Shown here in pieces: positions 8,581-18,325 of a stretch of 64,000 nucleotides of DNA (position 1 is the first letter of the stretch; the number at the start of each line of letters is the position of its first letter). The notes beneath the pieces are model-generated. The model searched no databases. It was given only the letters and a program-made list of their open reading frames with translations, and was not told the origin of the DNA. The position numbers were made by a program, and so were the translations under genes. This DNA comes from an uncultured virus (IMG/VR IMGVR_UViG_3300028393_000024) (taxonomy: Duplodnaviria; Heunggongvirae; Uroviricota; Caudoviricetes), in IMG/VR virus record IMGVR_UViG_3300028393_000024. One strand, given 5' to 3'.

Positions 8581-9080
8581 TGTACTTCGCAAGGATGCCC
8601 TTAATCTATTACGATTTCCAAGACAAAGATGGAAATCCAGTTGTAAGAGTCTTAAAAGATATTACAACAAATGTTCGTATTATTAAACAAGAATTACAAA
8701 ACATTTCCGTATATGACACATATGATATTGTTGACGACGAAACACCTGAAATAATTTCAACTAAAGTTTATGGTACTCCAAAGTATCACTGGGTTCTTAT
8801 GATTATGAATGATATCTATGATTACAGAAACGACCTACCATTAAATTACAACACTCTTACACAGTATGTTACAGACAAGTATGGTTCTGGTAATGCTTAC
8901 GCAATCCATCATTGGATTAATTCTGATGAGATGATTGTAAATTCTACTTATCCAGGCGCAACTTCTGTATCAAACTTTCAGTATGAAGAAAGTGTAAACG
9001 AATCTAAACGAAGAATAAGACTTTTATCTAAACCTGTCTTAGATACTGTAGTAAGACAATATAGTGCGATGTTTGCTTAA
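8580..9080 (+). CDS. gp53: Baseplate wedge subunit gp53
   Basis: Motifs MYFARMP, DETPEIISTKVYG..YHWVLMIMNDI and YEESVNESKRRIRLL. Confidence 0.9.
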   Translation: MYFARMPLIYYDFQDKDGNPVVRVLKDITTNVRIIKQELQNISVYDTYDIVDDETPEIISTKVYGTPKYHWVLMIMNDIYDYRNDLPLNYNTLTQYVTDKYGSGNAYAIHHWINSDEMIVNSTYPGATSVSNFQYEESVNESKRRIRLLSKPVLDTVVRQYSAMFA

Positions 9081-10408
9081 TGGAAAAAGAATTTGACAAT
9101 CCATCATCTGCCCAGATAAGGTTTGCAGGTGATGTAAATATTGAAAAAGTTGAGATGTACTCACTTGCGAGTGGTGCAGCGTTTGACATTAAAAACCAAG
9201 TTCTCGCAATACAAATTTATGAAGATCTGTTTAGTCCATTTATTACAGGATCAATAATTGTAAAAGATTCTTTGGACTTGATTAATAACTTACCCTTTGC
9301 TGGCCAAGAGTATGTTAATCTAAAAGTATTTACACCAACACTTGATATATCCTCACCAGAGGCTGGTGTCATTCAAGGAAATTTCTATGTATTTAAAATT
9401 TCCGATAGAGAGTACGTTGCTGAAAAATCTGTTATCTACAAGATTCACTTCATATCGACAGAAGCAGTTGTAGATTTAAACATGGCACAAAGTCGTGCCT
9501 TTGCTGGTAAAATTTCTGACATCGTTGGAATGTTAATGAAAGATCAAAATTTTATCGGAACAGAAAAAGATGTAACTGTTGAGACAACTAAAAACGAAAC
9601 AAAATTTATCTCTAACTTTTGGTCTCCGATTAAGTGTATAAATTATCTCTTACAACAAGCAACAAATCCCAATGGAAGCACGACCTATTTGTTTTTTGAA
9701 AACAGATCAGGATTTAACTTTGTTTCTTTGGATTATCTAAACGAAAAAGATGTTCATCAATCTTTTTCTTTTGGAGCTGCAACCAATGATATCAAAAAAC
9801 ATGGTGGTTCAACTCGTGTTCTTGACAGAGATTTTGGTAAAATTGTAGAGATTAATGTTCCGAACTCTTTTGATTATATTGATAGAGTTAGACATGGAAC
9901 ATACGCTTCAAAATTAACTGTACACGATTTTACGACAAAGAGATATAAAACTACTCACTATGATTATCTTAGAAAGTTTCTTGAAGGTAAAGAAGCGAGA
10001 TTAAATAACTTTCCAATTACCACAGATACAGTTGCTGCTAGTATTAATGCCTTGGGTCTTGTAAATGAAACATCGAATCAGTTGTTCACTGGATATGGTG
10101 TTGTTGATGCTACAAGAGCAATTCAAGATAGAATATCCCGAATGAAACAGGCTGAATCATTTAAGGTAACGATAAAAGTAAAGGGTAGAACAGATTATAC
10201 AGTTGGACAAGTTGTTTACTTAGATATCAATACACCATCTCCAACTCAAACTGATGATACTCCAGAAACTATGGTTGATAAAATGTTCAGTGGAAATTAC
10301 TTAGTCGCTGCAATTAACCACTATATTGATAGAGAAATGCATGAGTGTACAATGGAATTAATTAAAGATAGTTTAATATTTGATTTGACGACAGGTAAAA
10401 CAGCATGA
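9080..10408 (+). CDS. Baseplate hub protein (gp27 / late control D-like)
   Basis: Motifs IYEDLFSPFITGSIIVKDS, YLFFENRSGFNFVSL and FSGNYLVAAINH. It lies between gp53 and gp5. Confidence 0.7.
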   Translation: MEKEFDNPSSAQIRFAGDVNIEKVEMYSLASGAAFDIKNQVLAIQIYEDLFSPFITGSIIVKDSLDLINNLPFAGQEYVNLKVFTPTLDISSPEAGVIQGNFYVFKISDREYVAEKSVIYKIHFISTEAVVDLNMAQSRAFAGKISDIVGMLMKDQNFIGTEKDVTVETTKNETKFISNFWSPIKCINYLLQQATNPNGSTTYLFFENRSGFNFVSLDYLNEKDVHQSFSFGAATNDIKKHGGSTRVLDRDFGKIVEINVPNSFDYIDRVRHGTYASKLTVHDFTTKRYKTTHYDYLRKFLEGKEARLNNFPITTDTVAASINALGLVNETSNQLFTGYGVVDATRAIQDRISRMKQAESFKVTIKVKGRTDYTVGQVVYLDINTPSPTQTDDTPETMVDKMFSGNYLVAAINHYIDREMHECTMELIKDSLIFDLTTGKTA

Positions 10409-13215
10409 TAAGTTCAAATTTTTATACAGGTGTAGTTGAAAGTAGAGATGATCCATTAAAGATTGGTCGTTGTCAAGTTCGTATTGTTGGAATTCATACT
10501 GAAGATAAAACAAAATTAGCAACAGAAGATTTGCCTTGGGCAAGTCCTGTTCAATCTATTACCTCTGCTTCTATGAATGGTATTGGCTGGACACCTGTCG
10601 GTCCAGTAAATGGAACATGGGTTCTTGTTGTGTTCACTGATAAAGATCAACAACAACCTATTATGCTTGGTACTCTTGGTGGTATTCCTCAAAGTAAAGC
10701 AGCATCTATTGCTGTTGAAGAATCTGACAGCGATATGATTGCCACTGATGGTGGTGTTCTAGTTGATTCATCGGGAACAGAAGTAACCAATACTTCTGGT
10801 ATTCCTATTACTGTTGGATCTTCTGACGCACAAGCAAAACCAACTACATCATCAACTCCTTCAACTGAAGCAAGTCAACCAAATTTAACAGAACAGAAAA
10901 CTCCAAATAAACCTGCAGATACTGTTCTTAAACAAGATATACCAACTGATCCACCAAAGGGATCAACATCTAATCCCACTGTTGCTAAACAGAATATTCA
11001 GTATCTAATAGATGCTTGTGATAAAGTTGGATTAACAAGCAAGTATGCTAAGAGTGCTGTTCTTGGTATTTGTGGCGGAGAATCTTCTTGGTTGTGTGTT
11101 GAAGAAGGTTCATACTACACAAAAGCAAGTTCACTATCTGCAATCTTTAAGAGAACATTTCCAACAGAAGAATCTGCTGTACCTTATACTAAGTGGGCAG
11201 GTAGTAAAGCAGATTTCTTTAGAAAAATTTATAGTCCTACAGGTAATGGTGCTTTACTTGGGCATAAAGATGCTAATGATGGTGCTCTTTATTATGGTCG
11301 TGGTTTTAACCAGATAACAGGTAAATCTCTGTATATACAATTACAAAATTATCTAAAAGGTAAAGGTGTTGTTGTAGACTTTGTTAATAATCCAGGATCT
11401 TTAGTTTCTGACCCAGCAACTTCTGCTTTGGCCACTGCTGCTTTCTATGCGCTTAATGTTAAACACGATCAAAATGATCCAGGATATTTCATTGCTGCTT
11501 TGAAACGAACAGGTGCTGATGCCAACGGCACTGGTTATGCAAAGAAACAAAAGTTTTATGAGTATTTCCTTGGCACTGCAGTTGCTGTAAATTCAACTAA
11601 TAAACCTGCTGCCGATGATCAGAGAGTTTATACGAAAGAAGAAGTAAAAGATCTTTCACCTGCAAAACAAGCAGCACTACTTGAAGATCGTTCTGGTAAT
11701 GCTACCATGGGATTTACTGATCCAAAGGGTAAATATCCACTACGTAATCTACTAGATGAACCAGATACTAATCGTTTGGCACGTGGTGTTATAAAAGAAA
11801 CAGCCATTGAGTTTAAAGATTCTGTACGAACTAATGGAATTACTGCAGCGAATGGTGATGATTCGTGGAATCAACCTTTGGCACCGTTCGGTGGTATGTA
11901 TCCATACAGTAAAGTTTTTGAATCTGAATCTGGTCACTTATTTGTTCTCGATGACACACCTGAAAACGAAACAGTAAGTTTATATCACAAAAGTGGATCC
12001 TTTCTTGATATAGATGCTAATGGAACACAGGTAAATAAAATTATTGGTGATGGCTACACAATTTATGACAGGAACGGATTAATATACATTACTGGTAAAG
12101 CAAACCTAACTGTTGGTAATGGTATAAACATTTATGTACAAGGTGCCGCAGATATTCAAGTAGATGGAGCTGCAACTATTAATCTAAATAATAATGCCGA
12201 TATTGGTGTTGGTGGTGATTTAAATCTTGCAGTTGGTGGTGATTTTAATCTCAAAACAGGTGGATTGTTTAATGTTTCTGTCGGCGATAAATTTGCTGTT
12301 CAAGCAGGTGCTGAAGCAAGTATTAAGTCAGGTGCTGAGATGTTCTTGGGTTCTGATGGCACCATGCATATTGCTTCTTCTGGAAATGTTAATGTCGATG
12401 GCGCAGAGTTTCATGGTCAAGAAGGTGCGGCAAGTTCAGCGCCAGCAGTTTCAACTGGATTAACTGCCCCTGATTTTCAAGCAGGTCGTTCTAACCAGTT
12501 TAACTATCTAACAACACCTGTTAGACCTTCGCCACCTGTTCAAGTTAAGTACGCAATCGAAGAAGAAAACAATTCTTTAGTTGAAGATTACATTAATAAT
12601 CCAGACAAATATAAAAATCCTGAAGCAGCTGAAGGTGGTGTAAAAGAAAACTACGCTGGAACACCGAAAGACGATGGACAAGGTAAGAGTTTAATTGCAA
12701 GTAATACAACTGGTGATATTTACCTATTCTTACAGAAACAAGTACAGTTGGCTCAGTCTGGATATTGGTCAGAAACAGGTATGGGTGGTAAACCTTCAAA
12801 TGCTAATATTACTCGTATTTGGGCAGACCTTGGATATCCAAAATCTGGTTTATGGTTAACCGACCAAACTGCATGGTGTATGGGATTTGTTAACTGGACA
12901 TTGAAACAGTGTGGGTATCGTTATGTTCAGACTGCTTCCGCAGCTGAAATAACAACAAACACTGCTCGTTGGAATGCAACCAAAATATCAAATCTAGCAG
13001 ATGCTCAACCTGGAGATATTGCTTTCTGGAGTTATCGCCATGTTAACTTTGTTTATACAAATAACAATGGTAAATTGACATTCGTCGGTGGAAACCAAGC
13101 AGATAAAGCAGCGAACAATCCTTCTGGTGGTACAGTTAATAATTCTTGGCCATCTGGATATACTGTTCCAGGAAATGGTTCTTTAGTGGCAATATACAGA
13201 CCGAGTAAGACATAA
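10405..13215 (+). CDS. gp5: Baseplate central spike gp5 with inserted GH19 lysozyme-like domain and C-terminal CHAP/NlpC-P60-like domain
   Basis: OB-fold start GVVESRDDPLKIGRCQVRIVG; GH19-like YYGRGFNQITG; YPYSKVFESESGH followed by beta-helix repeats; AWCMGFVNW...HVNFV...GGNQ at the C-terminus. Confidence 0.9.
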   Translation: MISSNFYTGVVESRDDPLKIGRCQVRIVGIHTEDKTKLATEDLPWASPVQSITSASMNGIGWTPVGPVNGTWVLVVFTDKDQQQPIMLGTLGGIPQSKAASIAVEESDSDMIATDGGVLVDSSGTEVTNTSGIPITVGSSDAQAKPTTSSTPSTEASQPNLTEQKTPNKPADTVLKQDIPTDPPKGSTSNPTVAKQNIQYLIDACDKVGLTSKYAKSAVLGICGGESSWLCVEEGSYYTKASSLSAIFKRTFPTEESAVPYTKWAGSKADFFRKIYSPTGNGALLGHKDANDGALYYGRGFNQITGKSLYIQLQNYLKGKGVVVDFVNNPGSLVSDPATSALATAAFYALNVKHDQNDPGYFIAALKRTGADANGTGYAKKQKFYEYFLGTAVAVNSTNKPAADDQRVYTKEEVKDLSPAKQAALLEDRSGNATMGFTDPKGKYPLRNLLDEPDTNRLARGVIKETAIEFKDSVRTNGITAANGDDSWNQPLAPFGGMYPYSKVFESESGHLFVLDDTPENETVSLYHKSGSFLDIDANGTQVNKIIGDGYTIYDRNGLIYITGKANLTVGNGINIYVQGAADIQVDGAATINLNNNADIGVGGDLNLAVGGDFNLKTGGLFNVSVGDKFAVQAGAEASIKSGAEMFLGSDGTMHIASSGNVNVDGAEFHGQEGAASSAPAVSTGLTAPDFQAGRSNQFNYLTTPVRPSPPVQVKYAIEEENNSLVEDYINNPDKYKNPEAAEGGVKENYAGTPKDDGQGKSLIASNTTGDIYLFLQKQVQLAQSGYWSETGMGGKPSNANITRIWADLGYPKSGLWLTDQTAWCMGFVNWTLKQCGYRYVQTASAAEITTNTARWNATKISNLADAQPGDIAFWSYRHVNFVYTNNNGKLTFVGGNQADKAANNPSGGTVNNSWPSGYTVPGNGSLVAIYRPSKT

Positions 13216-13517
13216 TGCCGAAAATAATGCGTAAGGGAGATTTAAGTCGGGGATCTGATGGTGGAGCAGCGACTCCTTTGACTGCCTTAAACCAAGCCAC
13301 TAAATCTTACTGGGGTGGACAATTGGTCGGTTTGGTTGGAGATCAATTTCAATCTCATGTAGTTCCAATAGCAGTGGTTCACTCTGGATCACAGAGACAA
13401 ATAACAGCTGGATCTTCTACCATGTTTTTTGAAGGCAAGGCAGTTGCCAGAACTGGAGATCCTATTGCCGATGGTGATAGATGCGCCGAAGGATTAACTA
13501 CAGCATTTGCTGGATAA
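13215..13517 (+). CDS. PAAR-repeat spike tip protein (gp5.4-like)
   Basis: RKGD, VGLVGD and GKAVARTGD repeats directly after gp5. Confidence 0.85.
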   Translation: MPKIMRKGDLSRGSDGGAATPLTALNQATKSYWGGQLVGLVGDQFQSHVVPIAVVHSGSQRQITAGSSTMFFEGKAVARTGDPIADGDRCAEGLTTAFAG

Positions 13518-13519
13518 CA

Positions 13520-13527
13520 TATAAATA
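13520..13527 (+). promoter_or_regulatory. T4-type late promoter TATAAATA upstream of gp25
   Basis: Exact consensus in the intergenic gap. Confidence 0.75.
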
Positions 13528-13533
13528 GTAGAT

Positions 13534-14154
13534 ATGGCAAGAAACGCAAGAACATTCTCGGATCTGGATCTAAACTTTACCCCTTCACCAATCTCTTTGG
13601 TGGTAAACACAGGTAATGGGCTGCTGACCACATCAACAACAAGCGATATTATTGTTGGAACAAACACCACATTCTCAGCTGCAGATTTACTTTATCGTAA
13701 TATATTTGTTCTTGGAACTTTTGTTGGTAAAGTAAAAGAAACAATTGACGCAACTCATTTAAGGTTGTATCATAAGGCAAATACTACCTTTACTACAGCA
13801 AGTAGTTTTACCTATTCTAATCCAGCTGATTTGGTTAAAAGGTATGATGAGAACGCAATTAAAGCATCTGTTAGAAACCTTATTTTAACAACAAATTATG
13901 AACGAAAATTTCACCCTGAAATTGGATCTCAGGTAAGAGGATTGATGTTCGAACCAGCAACCCCTATGTTGGGTGCTGTTCTTGAACGAGCAATTAGACA
14001 AACAATAGACAACTTTGAGCCGAGAGTAACATTAGATCAAGTAGATTGTAAGATTAACCCAGACAACAACAGTGTTAGTGTTTCAATTTATTTTACTATT
14101 CTAAACACTCAAACACCTCAATTTCTTAATCTAGTATTAGAGAGAACACGATAA
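13534..14154 (+). CDS. gp25: Baseplate wedge subunit gp25 with an internal insertion
   Basis: FSDLDLNF at the start, then DENAIKASVRNLILTTNYERKFHPEIGS and NFEPRV. Confidence 0.9.
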   Translation: MARNARTFSDLDLNFTPSPISLVVNTGNGLLTTSTTSDIIVGTNTTFSAADLLYRNIFVLGTFVGKVKETIDATHLRLYHKANTTFTTASSFTYSNPADLVKRYDENAIKASVRNLILTTNYERKFHPEIGSQVRGLMFEPATPMLGAVLERAIRQTIDNFEPRVTLDQVDCKINPDNNSVSVSIYFTILNTQTPQFLNLVLERTR

Positions 14155-15992
14155 TGGCACTTACCAGCAACCGAATTAATGTAGCGGAATTAGATTTCGA
14201 TAATATCAAAGAAAACTTAAAAAACTTTTTTCGTGGTCAAGATCAGTTTAAAGACTACGACTTTGAAGGTGCTGGATTAAGTATTCTATTAGACGTTCTT
14301 GCTTATAATACTCACTATAATAATCTGTATACAAATCTTGCTGTAAATGAGATGTTTCTTGATTCAGCAGCAAAGCGTTCCAGTGTAGTTTCTCTTGCTA
14401 AAATGCTTGGTTATGTTCCTCGCTCTGCAACTTGTGCTCGCGCAATTGTTGATGTAAAAATAATCAACCCAACATCTACACCATCAATTACAACTCTACC
14501 AACATATCAACCATTTACAACAACTGTTGATGGTATCAATTTTACCTTTTATAATGTCGGTGATTATAGTACAAGAAATGGTGCTCTTGGATATGTTTTT
14601 TCAAATGTTACTTTGATTGAAGGTAATCCTTTAACATATAGTTATACTGTTACTGCTGGATCTAGATATGTTATTCCAAACGCAAATGTTGATTTATCAA
14701 CAGTTCGTGTAACTGTGCAAGACTCAGCAAATCTTGGTAATTTTACAACATATACTTATGCCAATAACATAATTTCAGCAATAGATTTAAACAGTAAAGT
14801 CTTTTTTATAAAAGAGATAGAAGGAAACTTGTTTGAGATATACTTTGGTGATGGTGTTCTTGGTACACAATTATTAAGTGGTAATGTTGTTACTATTGAT
14901 TACTTTGTTTCGAATTTAGCTGCACCAAATGGTGCTCGTTTGTTTAATTATACAGGTATTTCTTTGCTTGGTGGTTCAACAAATGTGTCAACAAAACTTG
15001 TAGCAACAGGTGGCGGTGAGCCAGAGGATATTGAGAGTATTCGATACAATGCACCAAGATCATATGCTGCTCAAAATCGTGCAGTTACTCCTGATGATTA
15101 TAGATCATTAATTCTTCAAGGATTTCCTCAGGCACGATCAGTTTCTGTTTGGGGTGGTGAAGTAAATTCTCCTCCAATTTATGGTAAAGTTTATCTTTGT
15201 ATTCTACCAACTGATGCAGATAAATTAACAACTATACAAAAGACATACATTTTAAATGAGATTCTGACAAATAAAAATATGGTTTCTATTATTCCAGAAA
15301 TTATAGATCCAGAATATATCAGTATAGCATTGAATGTAACTTCTAATTATGATCCAACAACAACAAAGAAAACTCCGAATCAACTACAACAGATTGTTAC
15401 TGGTACAGTTGTAAGTTATAACGAAGCTGATTTGAAAAGATTTGATGGAGTGTTTAGACATTCTAAGTTATCTCGTTTAATTGACACTGCTGATGTTTCT
15501 CTTGTAAATAACACAATTACAGTTCTATTAAAAAGAAAAATTATTGTTAAATATAATATTTCTGCTCAATATGTTATAAACATGATTAATCCACTATATT
15601 CTTCTGGTCAGGCTGATGGAAGTATTTACTCAAATGGATTTTATGTTAAAGGAAGTACTGATATTAATTATCTAGATGATGATGGACTTGGTTCAATTCG
15701 TTTATATACATTAGACAGTAATTATCAAAAAAACATTGTTAATCCAAGTATTGGAACTGTTAACTATGATACTGGATATATACAAATTAGTAATCTTTAT
15801 ATAACATCTCTTGTTGGTACATATTTTGAAATTTCAATGAAACCAAAATCGAATGATGTTGTATCAGCACTGCATCAGATTGCTCAAGTTGATTTGGATA
15901 ATTTAACTGTAAATGTTGTTGCCGATAAATCTGCTTCTGGAGATTTAAGCGCAGGATTTAATTATCAATTCTCTGATCTAAGACCAGCATAA
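14154..15992 (+). CDS. gp6: Baseplate wedge subunit gp6
   Basis: Motifs LDFDNIKENLK, DYDFEGAGLSILLDVLAYNTHYN, FGDGVLG and AQNRAVTPDDY. Confidence 0.95.
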   Translation: MALTSNRINVAELDFDNIKENLKNFFRGQDQFKDYDFEGAGLSILLDVLAYNTHYNNLYTNLAVNEMFLDSAAKRSSVVSLAKMLGYVPRSATCARAIVDVKIINPTSTPSITTLPTYQPFTTTVDGINFTFYNVGDYSTRNGALGYVFSNVTLIEGNPLTYSYTVTAGSRYVIPNANVDLSTVRVTVQDSANLGNFTTYTYANNIISAIDLNSKVFFIKEIEGNLFEIYFGDGVLGTQLLSGNVVTIDYFVSNLAAPNGARLFNYTGISLLGGSTNVSTKLVATGGGEPEDIESIRYNAPRSYAAQNRAVTPDDYRSLILQGFPQARSVSVWGGEVNSPPIYGKVYLCILPTDADKLTTIQKTYILNEILTNKNMVSIIPEIIDPEYISIALNVTSNYDPTTTKKTPNQLQQIVTGTVVSYNEADLKRFDGVFRHSKLSRLIDTADVSLVNNTITVLLKRKIIVKYNISAQYVINMINPLYSSGQADGSIYSNGFYVKGSTDINYLDDDGLGSIRLYTLDSNYQKNIVNPSIGTVNYDTGYIQISNLYITSLVGTYFEISMKPKSNDVVSALHQIAQVDLDNLTVNVVADKSASGDLSAGFNYQFSDLRPA

Positions 15993-15993
15993 T

Positions 15994-17814
15994 ATGCGTG
16001 CTTCAACGTCATCTTTAATTTCTTCTCAAGTTCCTGAATTCGTCAGGGCAGATTATCCAACATTCGTTGCTTTTGTTGAAGCATATTATGAGTATTTGGA
16101 TTCAAATGGTGTTGATTTAGAATCACTAAGAGATTTAGACACAACTCTTGACGATTTTGTTAAATATTTCAAGAAAGAACTGGCAGCAAATATGCCAGCC
16201 GATTTGCAAGTTGATGATAGATTTTTGCTGGAACACATCAAGAATCATTACTTAGCAAAGGGTAGTCAACAATCATTTAAATTATTATTCAAACTTCTGT
16301 ATAACAAGAATGTTGAACTTGTATATCCAGGAACTCAGATGCTTAGAGCATCTGATGGTAGATGGCAACAGGATACTTCTCTATTCATTAAAGTTTCCTC
16401 TGGATCACCAACAATGATTGAAGGTAAATTTGTAGATGTTATAAAACCAAATACAAACGCATCGTTCAAACTTTTAGTTAATCGTAGACAGGATGTTGAA
16501 ATTGAAGTTGATCGTATTGTTCAATTGAGTTCTGATACCTATGAAATTTTTATTGATAGAAAATACTATGGAAATCTTGAAGTAGGTGATGTAATTAGAT
16601 ATGTAGATTTTTCTGGAACTATCGTTTCTACAACATCAAAAGTTTCAATTGTTTCAGGTGGAACAGGATTTAAAGCTGGTCAACTGTTTGAAATTAAAAA
16701 TGGATCAGGTGTTAGATCTACATTAAAAATAACTCGTGTCAATTCAGTTGGAACTATTCTTGCCTGTGAATTTATTAAATTCGGAGTTGGATATCAAACT
16801 GATTTTACTCTTTCTATAAATTCTTCTCAAGATTATTTTGCAACTTCAACACAACCTTTACTTTCCACTGTTCTTGTAAATGATAAAAACATAACCATCA
16901 CAGAAACAACAAATGGAATGGCTGAACAGGGTTATATCTCTAGGTATGACTATGCGTATACTTTTGATAATAGCAATGTTCAACAAATATACATGGATGG
17001 AACTTATGTCGGTGCAGCACTTGGAACTTTTACAACTCAGGCGATTAGTCAGATTGTATCTTCTGTAGGTAAAGTTGCTGCAGTTTTAAAAATTAATCTT
17101 GGACCTCAGGCAAATTATCCAGGATACTATACATCAAACGCAGGGTTTCTGAGCGATTCAATTTATATTCAGGATAGTAAATACTATCAAGCGTTTTCAT
17201 ATGTTTTAAAAATTGATGAACGTCTTGATTCTTACAAAACTGCTGTAAGAACTATGGTGCATCCTGCAGGAACTGCGTTATTTGGCGAGTATCAAGTATC
17301 AAATTACTTTAATGTAGGTGCTGCTTTACAATCTCTCATAAAGATTTTGGCAGTAAGTTTGGCAGATTTAGTATTAACTTCTGACACTTCAATAATTTTT
17401 GATATATCAAAGGCATTAACTGAATCAGTGTTAATGTCAGAATCACCAACTTTTGCTATATCAAAAGCATTAACGGATTCTATCAATGCTCCAACTGATG
17501 CAGTATCCGCCATAGATTTCGGTAAAGCATTAACTGATTCAGTTAGTTCATCAGAGTCAATATCCAAATTTGATATTACTAAATTACTATCCGATTCAAC
17601 TGCGCCGACAGATTCTACGACTCTTGCTTCTAGTAAAGCATTAACTGAATCCGTCACTTCTTCTGATTCTTCTTCACTACTTACCACTAAATATCTTATA
17701 GAAACACTTACTGGCTCAGATTATGGTGTAGTGTTTAAAAATCCTTACAGTCAAGGTACATATTTTGATTATACCTCGACTATTTACTCCGATGAAGTCG
17801 TTCAAACATTCTAA
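15994..17814 (+). CDS. gp7: Baseplate wedge initiator gp7-like
   Basis: Motifs QVPEFVRADYPTFVAFVEAYYEYL, YLAKGSQQSFKLLFKLLY, IQDSKYYQAFSYVLK and VHPAGTALFG. Confidence 0.75.
   Translation: MRASTSSLISSQVPEFVRADYPTFVAFVEAYYEYLDSNGVDLESLRDLDTTLDDFVKYFKKELAANMPADLQVDDRFLLEHIKNHYLAKGSQQSFKLLFKLLYNKNVELVYPGTQMLRASDGRWQQDTSLFIKVSSGSPTMIEGKFVDVIKPNTNASFKLLVNRRQDVEIEVDRIVQLSSDTYEIFIDRKYYGNLEVGDVIRYVDFSGTIVSTTSKVSIVSGGTGFKAGQLFEIKNGSGVRSTLKITRVNSVGTILACEFIKFGVGYQTDFTLSINSSQDYFATSTQPLLSTVLVNDKNITITETTNGMAEQGYISRYDYAYTFDNSNVQQIYMDGTYVGAALGTFTTQAISQIVSSVGKVAAVLKINLGPQANYPGYYTSNAGFLSDSIYIQDSKYYQAFSYVLKIDERLDSYKTAVRTMVHPAGTALFGEYQVSNYFNVGAALQSLIKILAVSLADLVLTSDTSIIFDISKALTESVLMSESPTFAISKALTDSINAPTDAVSAIDFGKALTDSVSSSESISKFDITKLLSDSTAPTDSTTLASSKALTESVTSSDSSSLLTTKYLIETLTGSDYGVVFKNPYSQGTYFDYTSTIYSDEVVQTF
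17401..17665 (+). repeat. Five degenerate in-frame repeats (SKALT[D/E]S) at the gp7 C-terminus
   Basis: AAAGCATTAACTGA-like units near 17410, 17464, 17524, 17581 and 17635. Confidence 0.75.
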
Positions 17815-17855
17815 TTCGACTCATTATTTCTTAACTTATAGGAGATTTCATTAAA

Positions 17856-18311
17856 ATGAATATTCAAGAAAATTTAAAACCAACTGGGATGGTTTCCATC
17901 TCTCACTTCAATTCTAAAGGAGAACTTCTTAATCAATTTGAAGTACCAAATTTAGTAGTTACCACAGGTAAAAACTATATTGCTTCAAGGATTAAAGATA
18001 CAACTTTCGCTGCAATGACACATATGGCTGTTGGTACATCATCAACTGCAGCATCGGCAACTGATACAACTTTGGTGGCAGAAACTGGCACTCGTGCTAC
18101 TTTGTCTGCAACAACTGTTTCTACTAACACAATTACTTATACTGCTACTTTTGCAGCTGGTAATGCAACCTCAACTTCTCCTGGTATTCAAGAAGCAGGT
18201 ATTCTAAACCAATCTACTGGTGGAACATTATTGTGCCGTACAGTGTTTCCATCAGTTGCTAAAGCAGCTGGAGATTCGATTGCAATTACTTGGGTTGTAA
18301 CAGTATCTTAA
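17856..18311 (+). CDS. Virion structural protein (phage tail/baseplate associated)
   Basis: Motifs NLVVTTGKNYIASR, MTHMAVGT, IQEAGILN and LLCRTVF are typical of phage structural proteins. GGAG SD upstream. Confidence 0.65.
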   Translation: MNIQENLKPTGMVSISHFNSKGELLNQFEVPNLVVTTGKNYIASRIKDTTFAAMTHMAVGTSSTAASATDTTLVAETGTRATLSATTVSTNTITYTATFAAGNATSTSPGIQEAGILNQSTGGTLLCRTVFPSVAKAAGDSIAITWVVTVS

Positions 18312-18325
18312 TTTTCGGATAAAAA

